Under the pieces are notes generated by a model that saw nothing but the letters and a program-made list of their open reading frames with translations, was not told where the DNA came from and searched no databases. A stretch of DNA of 64,000 nt from Candidatus Latescibacterota bacterium (GTDB taxonomy: Bacteria; Latescibacterota; UBA2968; UBA8231): positions 2,368,001-2,432,000 of the forward strand of contig OZ244561.1 of NCBI GenBank assembly GCA_965217585.1, read 5' to 3'. Position 1 is the stretch's first letter. Every line of letters starts with the position of its first letter. This document shows positions 1 to 8,200 of the stretch, one piece after another. Both the position numbers and the translations under genes were made by a program.

Positions 1-2290
1 CCTCCACGTCCACCACGACGAAGATGTAGCCACGGTGGTCGTGGTCCCCTAACGGCCCGGCCAGAGACGGCTGGGTGGAGATCTCCCCGGTCACCGGCTC
101 GGTCGATATCCCGGTGACGGTGACCACCGTGCCCTCGACCTTGCCGGCCTCCACCGTGAACACCCTCTCGCCGCCAGCGATCGTCACCGGGATAGCGACC
201 TTGAGCGGCGCCCCCGCCAGCACCTTCGCCAGCACCTGATTGGGCCCCACATGCTCCAGGGTCACGGAAAGCGGCAGCAGATCGTCGGGGTCGGGGTTGT
301 GGCGCAGGTCGAGAAGGAGCAGCTCCTCCAGGCCGGAGAACACGCCGTCGGGAAGCGACGTCAGATCGTTGTTGTGCAGATCGAGCAGCCCCAGCTCCTC
401 CAGGCCGGAGAACACGCCGGCGGGAAGCGACGTCAGAGCGTTGTCTCTCAGCAAGAGGTTCTTCAGCTTCGTCAGGCCGGAGAACACGCCGGCGGGAAGC
501 GACGTCAGAGCGTTGTCGTGCAGCCAGAGCGTCTTCAGCTTCGTCAGGCCGGAGAACACGCCGGCGGGAAGCGACGTCAGAGCGTTCTCTCTCAGCAAGA
601 GCTCCTCCAGCTTCGTCAGGCCGGAGAACACGCCAGCGGGAAGCGACGTCAGACCGTTGTTGTACAGACGGAGCAGCTTCAGCGCCTCCAGGTCGGAGAA
701 CACATCGGCAGGAAGCGACGTCAGAGCGTTGTTGTGCAGCCAGAGCTCCTCCAGCTCCGTCAGGCCGGAGAACACGCCGGCGGGAAGAAGCGACGTCAGA
801 GCGTTGTTCAGCCTGAGCTTCTCTAGCGCCGTCAGGTCGGAGAACACGCCGGCGGGAAGCGACGTCAGAGCGTTGTCGTACAGCCAGAGCAGCTTCAGCT
901 TCGTCAGGCCGGAGAACACGCCGGCGGGAAGCGACGTCAGAGCGTTGTCGTACAGATAGAGGCTCTCTAGCGCCGTCAGGTCGGAGAACACGTCAGCGGG
1001 AAGCGCGCTGAGCGTGTTGCGGCTCAGACTGAGGAACGTCAGCGCCGTCAGGCCGGAGAACACGCCGGCGGGAAGCGCGCTGAGCGTGTTGCCGCTCAGA
1101 TTGAGGCTCTCTAGCGCCGTCAGGTCGGAGAACACGTCGGCGTCAGGAAGCGTGCTGAGCGCGTTGCCGCTCAGACTGAGGTACGTCAGCGCCGTCAGGC
1201 CGGAGAACACGTCAGCGCGAAGCGACGTCAGATCGTTGTCGTGCAGATCGAGGCTCTTCAGCGCGTCCAGGTCGGAGAACACGCCGGCGGGAAGCGACGT
1301 CAGATCGTTGTCGTTCAGCCAGAGCTTATCTAGCGCCGTCAGGCCGGAGAAATCACCCGGCTTCAAGGACTGGATGTTATCATCCTCGAGATTGAAAGTA
1401 CCCGTCACGCTGGCCAGTTGCGTTGTCGTCACCTCGGCGCAGTCCGACACGCCGACGATTGCAGCCATGATCGCGTCCCGCACCTGAGCGGTGCGATCGC
1501 AGATGCTGGACAGCTGCCGCGTTCCACCGCCGGGCGCGCCGACGGGATCGTCCTCCCCGTCCGGGTCGGCCGGGTCGTCGGCTTCGACGAAAGTCGACTG
1601 CGGCGCGGCCGGCGTGGCGACGTGGAACCAGCGGGAGCGTTCGCTCACCCCGTGCGCGTTGATCGCCTTGATCCGGTAGGTATACGTCGTGCTTGCAGCC
1701 ACCGTGTCGTCGGTGTACGTCGTCGCCGCCGTGCCCGTATCCGGCACCAGTTCACTGAACTCGCCCCCTTGATCGTTCACGCGCACGCGCCGCAAGATCA
1801 CGTAGCCGGTGATGCTGGCGTCGCCAGGGTCGGCCCAGGTGAGCACCACCTGGCCGAGCGTCGCCGTGGCGGACAGCCCCGTGGGCTGGGCGGGTACGGG
1901 CGCCGCCGGCGTGTCGACGTGGAACCAGAGGGAGCGCTCGCTCACCCCGTACGCGTTGATCGCCTTGATCCGGTAGGTATACGTCGTGCTTGCAGCCACC
2001 GTGTCGTCGGTGTAGGTCGTCGCCGCCGAACCCGTGTCCGCTACCAGCTCATCGAAGTGGCCCTTCTCGTCGGTATCCCGGTTGCGCCGCAAGATCACGT
2101 AGCCGGTGATGCTGTCGTCGTCAGGATCATCCCAAGTCAGGGTTATGGCATCGTGGGACGCCGTGGCGGACAGCCCCGTGGGCTGGGCGGGTGCGGAGTC
2201 CTCCTGCGCCTGCACTGGTGAGCAGAGCAGGGCCAGCGCCGCGATGGCGGCGAACAGAACGGGGAATCGTCGTCTATCGGTGCGAGTCAT
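1..2290 (-). CDS. Secreted FN3 + leucine-rich-repeat surface protein (3' end runs off the window)
   Basis: Absent from the ORF track because it has no stop in the window. Manual translation from ATG 2290 (AAGGAGG RBS upstream) gives MTRTDRRFPVLFAAIAALALLCSPVQAQ (signal peptide), two FN3 domains (PAQPTGLSATA...LTW...GYVILRR...YTYRIKAIN), a cap (ICDRTAQVRDAI) and about 15 LRRs of type LxxLxLxxNxLTSLPAGVFSG. An in-frame upstream ATG at 2404 also has a GGAGG RBS. Confidence 0.92.
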   Translation of the reverse strand, partial: MTRTDRRRFPVLFAAIAALALLCSPVQAQEDSAPAQPTGLSATASHDAITLTWDDPDDDSITGYVILRRNRDTDEKGHFDELVADTGSAATTYTDDTVAASTTYTYRIKAINAYGVSERSLWFHVDTPAAPVPAQPTGLSATATLGQVVLTWADPGDASITGYVILRRVRVNDQGGEFSELVPDTGTAATTYTDDTVAASTTYTYRIKAINAHGVSERSRWFHVATPAAPQSTFVEADDPADPDGEDDPVGAPGGGTRQLSSICDRTAQVRDAIMAAIVGVSDCAEVTTTQLASVTGTFNLEDDNIQSLKPGDFSGLTALDKLWLNDNDLTSLPAGVFSDLDALKSLDLHDNDLTSLRADVFSGLTALTYLSLSGNALSTLPDADVFSDLTALESLNLSGNTLSALPAGVFSGLTALTFLSLSRNTLSALPADVFSDLTALESLYLYDNALTSLPAGVFSGLTKLKLLWLYDNALTSLPAGVFSDLTALEKLRLNNALTSLLPAGVFSGLTELEELWLHNNALTSLPADVFSDLEALKLLRLYNNGLTSLPAGVFSGLTKLEELLLRENALTSLPAGVFSGLTKLKTLWLHDNALTSLPAGVFSGLTKLKNLLLRDNALTSLPAGVFSGLEELGLLDLHNNDLTSLPDGVFSGLEELLLLDLRHNPDPDDLLPLSVTLEHVGPNQVLAKVLAGAPLKVAIPVTIAGGERVFTVEAGKVEGTVVTVTGISTEPVTGEISTQPSLAGPLGDHDHRGYIFVVVDVE
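310..1380 (-). repeat. About 15 tandem 72-bp repeats encoding 24-aa LRRs
   Basis: The motif ggagaacacg recurs at about 335, 407, 479, 551, 623, 695, 767, 839, 911, 983, 1055, 1127, 1202 and 1274, with a variant at 1346. Spacing is 72 nt except one 75-nt unit. Confidence 0.95.
1600..2195 (-). repeat. Two near-identical ~300-bp FN3-coding units
   Basis: Long shared stretches, e.g. cgcgttgatcgccttgatccggtaggtatacgtcgtgcttgcagccaccgtgtcgtcggtgta at about 1655 and 1952. Confidence 0.9.
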
Positions 2291-2445
2291 GGTCGTTCCT
2301 CCTTGTGCTTGTGGGGGGGTATGGGACGCCGGAGCGATAGCGAGAAACCGAGTGCTCAGCCGCTGAGGCCGGCGCAGACTCCGGTGCGTGGATAGCGGTC
2401 TCATGATTCTCCTCCGTTTGGATAGTGAACGTGTTCGGGCAGGCG

Positions 2446-2490
2446 CAAAAAGAAAGGGCGAACGTCTGTAAATAAGGAACAAACGTTCAT
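2446..2490 (-). terminator. Putative intrinsic terminator in the leader of the LRR gene
   Basis: Minus strand reads GAACGTTTGT-tccttattt-ACAGACGTTC followed by gccctttctttttg (hairpin plus U-rich tail). Confidence 0.5.
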
Positions 2491-2603
2491 ATCAGGTCGC
2501 ACAACCAAGGCGACCTCCAGCCCATCGGACCTCGACCAAGAACCGAGCAGGCGCGGCCAAACAGACGTTGGCCGCAGTATGGAAAGAGTGGGTCTTAGAG
2601 AAT

Positions 2604-2619
2604 GGGGGGGGGGGGGGGG
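2604..2619. repeat. G16 homopolymer (C16 on the LRR gene strand), candidate phase-variation tract
   Basis: aat-G16-taaac, about 200 bp upstream of the 2404 start codon. Confidence 0.9.
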
Positions 2620-2827
2620 TAAACTACTGTTTTTGAACGACTTATGAAATTATATCTGTCGTCCAAAGCTCGGGGCCGGACGCTACATAGGGCCACAGCA
2701 CCAAGCGCTGTCCTATCAGATGACGGGGTATGTACCATTATTTTCGGCCAATATGAATATGCAAATGTCTGCGGTCACTAAAATGCAAACGATTAGGGGG
2801 AAGTCAAGCACGCAGCACAATTTCAGA

Positions 2828-5194
2828 TCAGTAAACTACTGAGACCAACTCGGCAGCCAGCTCGGTGCTCCCATCCCCTTTGACCTTCAACCGCGCTATA
2901 TAATTGCCCGGCGGCACTTGCCCTCCCGTCCCGGTGCGCCCGTCCCACGCCAACCGCAGCGGTCCGGCCATGCCCATCGACTCTACCCCGGCCACGCGCC
3001 GTCCCGCCAAATCGAAAATCTCCAGCTGCACGGGCCGCGCTGTCAAAACATCGACCAGATCCAGTGCGACGACCAACTCGTCGTTGACCCCGTCGCCGTT
3101 GGGCGTCAACACGCTGGGGGCAATGGACATATTGGCCCACAAGGATCGACCCAGCGGCAAGCGCACCACATTGGTGCTGCTTTCCACCAACTCCGCAGCA
3201 TCCCCTGGTTCGACCCGCTGGCGCACGGGCTCGGCCAGACGACTGTCCTCCAGGAACAGCTCAAAGCGAGTGGCGTCGAGGAATATGGCCGCGGCAAAAT
3301 CCACTTCCACCAACTGCCCCGAGCGCACTGGCTGCGGCAATTGCACGGCAAAACCATCCTCCACCGCGGCCACTGCCGCTTCCCGCACCACCCCATCCAC
3401 CCGCACCTGGTCGAACTGCAAATCCGTCGAGGCCTGCACCAATAGTCGGTCAAAGCCGTTGCGCGTGCGCACGGGCCGCACATAGTAGGTGAAAATCTCC
3501 TGCCGGCCCGGTTGCACCAGCACGGGTGCCAGTTCCGCGGCCACCTGCTGGGCCAGGGGCTCGGAAAAATTCAGCACCACCCAATCCAGCAGCGCCCCCA
3601 CCGCCGGATCGCCGGATACCAGCCGCCCTTCCAGCTGCACATAGCGCCGCATGGAGGGCGACTGGAAGGGCTGGTCCGGCTCCAAGTACACCGGACTCCA
3701 CGGACTCCAATCCGCCCCTGGCACAAAGACCGTGTCAATGGGCCCGCGAAAAGAGGGGATGCGCCGCTCCCACTGCCGCTGAGTGATTTCCTTGCCCTCT
3801 GGATTGCGGTATATCACCTCGGTGTCGAGCGTATTGCCCGAGCGGCTGCGCAGCTCCAGATGCGTGCCCCCCGGGGCCTGACCGCCCCAGCGCAAGGCAT
3901 TGATATTCTTCTGTCCCTGTAAATCCAAAATGGGCGAGCGCAGATCTACCTGGACCGGCACGCCGCGGCCAAAGACCTGGAGTTCGGAGATAGTACCAGA
4001 AGCTCCGCAGCCGCGCGCAGCCGCGCCGCCGAACTCGTCGCCGCAGTTGGCGTCCCACGTCTTCCATCTGATGCGCACAAAGCGGACCGGTAGACTGGTA
4101 AAACGGTGATCGGCCAAGCCCTGTACCCGGTTGAGCTGGCCGCCCCAACCGGAGAAGTGCTTGGTCCAGAGCAGCGAGCCGTCCGGGGCCCGCGAACCGT
4201 CCGAGGTCAATACCTCGTAGAAATTGAACGAGAATCCGCGGTACTGGCGGGAAAAGGTGATCAGCCGCACCTGGTCGACCCAGTAAACAGCCCCCAGATC
4301 CAGGGTGATCTGGGCAATCACATCGGCATCGGCCCGGGTCGCCCGGATATTAGACCAGACTGTGCTGATGCGGCCGTCCATCAACTGCAGGGCATTGGCC
4401 AGATTCGGGGTATCGGGCTTCTTGGTATCGACCCCCACGACAATGTCCACGCTGCCGCCTCGCTTGATGGCCCCTTGTACCAGATTGTCGCCAAAGGCCT
4501 CCACCTCGATCTCGACCAGTCGCGCCTCGGGTGCCGCTTTCAGGACCTCTACCCGCACGAAGTGCACTGGGAAGGGCTCGTCCGGGTTCAATTCATAGGT
4601 GATCCGGCGGCGGCGGTCCTCGGTAAAGCGCTCTTTAATCCGGTACGCCAGGGTGCCTTCTATCTGCGTGCGGGTCTCGTCGCGGAACTGTTCGCCGGTG
4701 GACAGCAGCAGATCGAAAATCTCAAAGGGAGGCCCTCGCGCGGAAAAAACCAGATGCACCCGGTGGGCCGAAACCACCCGGCCCAGATCCACTTCGACAA
4801 ACCAGTCCTCGACCCTCTCGTCCAAATCCGGACCCCAGCCTGTGTCCCCGTCCCCGTCCAGCACCCCCGGTGCCTCTAGGGCATTGGAACCCACCCGGCT
4901 GATCCCCCCGCCAAAGGCCACCGCGTCCAGGGCCGCATTGTTGTTCTGGCGCACCGCCACCGGCCGAATGATCCCCTCTCGCGTCAGCTCCACCGCCCCC
5001 AGGGGCAACTCCCACTGGCGCCACTGGGCCGCTGTTGCAAAGCGCAACTCGTCGCCGGCACCCTTTTGCCAAGGGGCCAACAGAATGCCGATGGCGAGCA
5101 AAAACGCCCGGCCTGAATCCATCGCCGCACGACGGAAAATGCCCCCACTCGCCGCCGCATCCCGGCGGATTTCTACTCCCTGCTCCATCGACAC
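2828..5194 (-). CDS. Secreted protein with discoidin/CBM-like segments and a C-terminal FlgD/CHU_C-like domain
   Basis: 788-aa ORF with a hydrophobic signal (AFLLAIGILLAPW), WFVEVDLGRV and ITLDLGAVY motifs, and C-terminal SIAPSVLTPNGDGVND...IFDLAGRRV...WDGR...PGNY. The true start may be downstream (e.g. MDSGR). Confidence 0.75.
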   Translation of the reverse strand: MSMEQGVEIRRDAAASGGIFRRAAMDSGRAFLLAIGILLAPWQKGAGDELRFATAAQWRQWELPLGAVELTREGIIRPVAVRQNNNAALDAVAFGGGISRVGSNALEAPGVLDGDGDTGWGPDLDERVEDWFVEVDLGRVVSAHRVHLVFSARGPPFEIFDLLLSTGEQFRDETRTQIEGTLAYRIKERFTEDRRRRITYELNPDEPFPVHFVRVEVLKAAPEARLVEIEVEAFGDNLVQGAIKRGGSVDIVVGVDTKKPDTPNLANALQLMDGRISTVWSNIRATRADADVIAQITLDLGAVYWVDQVRLITFSRQYRGFSFNFYEVLTSDGSRAPDGSLLWTKHFSGWGGQLNRVQGLADHRFTSLPVRFVRIRWKTWDANCGDEFGGAAARGCGASGTISELQVFGRGVPVQVDLRSPILDLQGQKNINALRWGGQAPGGTHLELRSRSGNTLDTEVIYRNPEGKEITQRQWERRIPSFRGPIDTVFVPGADWSPWSPVYLEPDQPFQSPSMRRYVQLEGRLVSGDPAVGALLDWVVLNFSEPLAQQVAAELAPVLVQPGRQEIFTYYVRPVRTRNGFDRLLVQASTDLQFDQVRVDGVVREAAVAAVEDGFAVQLPQPVRSGQLVEVDFAAAIFLDATRFELFLEDSRLAEPVRQRVEPGDAAELVESSTNVVRLPLGRSLWANMSIAPSVLTPNGDGVNDELVVALDLVDVLTARPVQLEIFDLAGRRVAGVESMGMAGPLRLAWDGRTGTGGQVPPGNYIARLKVKGDGSTELAAELVSVVY

Positions 5195-5233
5195 CCGCTT
5201 CCCCTTTGACAGAGTTTGTGGACATTTATACTA

Positions 5234-5256
5234 ATAAAAAGCGACGCATGCGTCGC
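5234..5256 (-). terminator. Intrinsic terminator closing the ECF sigma / mini-RNAP operon
   Basis: Immediately after the TAG, a perfect palindrome GCGACG-CATG-CGTCGC followed by TTTTTAT on the minus strand. Confidence 0.8.
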
Positions 5257-5258
5257 CC

Positions 5259-8200
5259 CTAGGCCGGCAGCCCTGCAAAGAGCCGGCTGAACAGGCTGGT
5301 CAAGGGCTCGGTCTCGCCGCGCTCGGCCGCCCTAGCAAAGACTACGCCCGGCTGCGCCGCCCTAGCGGCCCGGCCCAAAATGTGGTAATCGGCCCGGCTA
5401 GGCCGCTGGGCCGCTTCCCGCGCCTCGGTCCAGCCCTGGTTGGTGGCGGCCAAACCCCATAGGGCACGCGGTGCCCGCACCTTGGCCTCCTCCACCGACA
5501 GGCCGTCGCGCCAACAACCGCGCTGAGCGAATAGACTACCATCTTCCCGATAGATCAGCCCGCCGCCCACGTATTGGATCAACTGCTGTTGGTTGCCCCG
5601 CGCCCCCGACAGCGCTAACAGGGCTAGGGGCCCCAAGTCGTTGTCGTCGAAATCGGCCTGCTGGTGGAAAGCCGCCACTAATTCGTCGCTGTACATTTGC
5701 CACTCGTCCCAATCGATCTCTGCGGGCTGCTCGGGCCACTCCTTGCCCGAACCGAGGAAGGGGTTGAAGGAGGCTCCAGACTGCTTGCAGACCTCAAAAC
5801 CGCGCCGCGTCAGTCGGTCGAGTACCTCCAGCGCTCGCTCCAAACCCTCGCGCTGCAGCACCTGGACTAGCAAGCGGTTGAGATCGCGCTTGGCGAACAG
5901 CCGGCTGCCATCCACGGCCACTCCGATCAGCCCCTCCACTTCAGCGCGACCTTCCTCCGTGCGGCACAGCCGCGCCAAACCCCATATCATGCCGTGGTAG
6001 TTGTCGGCCACGTAGCGCCATACATCCGCATCGCGCTGTATGTGTCCGGCCACCGACAGCGCGGTCTCGGCTTCGGCCTGGGCTTCCTCAGTGAGGGGCA
6101 AAAACACCTCTATCTGATCGCCATCGAAATCTAGCTCCATCAGTCGGCAAACGCGCGGATGGACGCGCACTGCGGCCCCGGCCAAACGCTGCGGACGAAA
6201 GGCCACCATCGCGGTGGGCGGCACGTGGAACACCGGGCCGTGGCCCTCGTCCACCAGCACCCGCTGGGCGCTGTATAGCAGCACCCACGAGCGTGCCATG
6301 ATCGCGTCCAGAACCTCAGCCGCTCGGGCCGAACGCCGCGCCACTTCCTCGGCGCGATCCATCTCCCGCTCTACCTGAGGCGCGAACAAAGCCCAGGCCA
6401 TTTCCTCGGGCAGGCCCACTTGGTCGAGATTCAACTCAAAACCCGAGGCAAGCGCGGCCCGGCCGCTAAACAGCGGCCTAGCCCGGAAGTGGAGGTGCTC
6501 CGGGCGCAACAACGCAGAAAAAAGATCCTCCACCCGTTGGGCCACCTGGGCCACCGCCGGTCTGACTAGGGCCTCGGGCGCTTCGCTATCGACGATGCGC
6601 TGCAAGCGCGTATTGGCTTCGACCAAATCCTCGAAGCAGCCTCGGATTGGGTCGAACTCGGTCCCCACTGGCAAAGCAACGGGGGATCCCACCGTCCCCA
6701 CTTGGCGTCCTGGGGCCCACGGATGTGGCACTGGGCGGGCCAAGGTCAGCCCCTCGGACTCGGCGAAGGAAAAGCGCAACTCCGCGCTCGCCAACTCGGC
6801 CCGTATCCCGGCCATACCCAGTAGCTGCTGCAACAAGGCAAAGCGCGGGGACGGGGGCGGGGACGGGGATACCGGACCGGTGGCCAAGCACTGGCCCAGC
6901 GCATTGGCGTCGGGCCGCTCGGCCGCGGCCGTGTTGAACAAAGCGTGGATATTGGCTACGGCCCCGGCCTCGCGCAAAGCACCGTAGGCCATCATGTCGA
7001 TTTCCGGTCCGCCGGCTCCTGCCACCGCGGTTTCCAAGCGCTCGGCCGCGGTGTGGGTCAGGCGGCCCCAGTACACCCAACCCACAGTACTGCGATAAGG
7101 CAGCTCCTCGCCTTTGAGGGTCAGTTGCTCCATGCCGTCTTCGGGCAGTCCCGCCTCGACTAGACGCGCTTTCAACATCTCTTCACTGGGTGCCTGAAAA
7201 GGTGGCACCACCGCCGGGTGCCCGGCGGCCTGGGCGAGGCGACCCATGACCGCCTCGCGCTGCTGGCCGAAATTGAGCCGCGAGACCATACTGGTGGGAC
7301 TGAAGATGAGTTCTATCGGCGCACCATCGGGCAACTGCGGCATGTCGGCGTCGGGCAGGATGCGCGTCACCACCCCTTTGGCACCGTGGCGGTTGCTCAT
7401 GCGGTCGCCCACCCCCACTGCGGCGGGAAAATCCATCCGCGCCGCGGCCGACTCGCTAATGACTAAGCCATCCTCAAACGTGTCCCCATCCCACATGATG
7501 AAGGCGGTCAACAGATTGTAGCCACCCCAAAAGTCGACGGCCCCAGGCTCGTATCCCGTCTGCACTAGGGCCGGCTCGGGTTTGTGGCCCTTGGAGGCCA
7601 AGCGTTGGTCGTACTGCTGGCGGAACCAACCCGTGGAGTGGATCGGTGCCGCTGTATCGGCTGCGCTCGTCCACTGGCGCATCATATTGATGCCCATCAG
7701 GGCGCGATTGGTATCGTCGTGTTCGAGAAAGGGCACCATGGAGGCCGAAAAACCCAAGATGCTGTCGGGCGCTTTGTCGATTCGTTCGAGCTTGCCGTCG
7801 CGGATGCGGGCACCGCGGGCCACTTCCAGCACTCGGCCGATATTGGGCCCTTCGGGGGTGCAGTAGGGGCACACTAGGCCGTATTGGCTGTAGGAGAAAA
7901 CGTCTTGGTCGTCAAAAGGCTCGACGACGACGGGGATCAAAGTCAGCCGCCGCAGATGGGTATAGCGGTCCAGCCAGTTGGTCGCCTGTAGATACTGCGA
8001 AGTTTCCTCCAAGTGGAAGTCGCGCAGCCAGGCGTCCAGCGGCAGCCAGTTGCGCACCAAGTCGCCATCCCAAGCCAACTGCTCGGGGGCCGCCTCCAAC
8101 CTTTGGTCAATAAAGTCGTAGAGCTGCTCGCCCACGCACAGAATCCGCGCTTGGTCGAGTTCGCGCCGGTCGGGATAGGGGACCACGACCCGGTAGTTGC

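Noticed and set aside
310-1380. 72-bp periodic repeats as a CRISPR array
   Set aside because: The period is a multiple of 3, the 'spacers' are mutually homologous, the units translate to LRRs, and no cas genes are present.
240-2221. Plus-strand repetitive ORFs (240-959, 251-826, 1014-1487, 1418-2221)
   Set aside because: They are antisense shadows of the minus-strand FN3/LRR gene, which has the signal peptide, RBS and recognisable domains.
2410-2600. Known riboswitch or tRNA in the LRR leader
   Set aside because: Hairpins are present, but I could not match them to any riboswitch consensus or cloverleaf; an Rfam/Infernal search would be needed.
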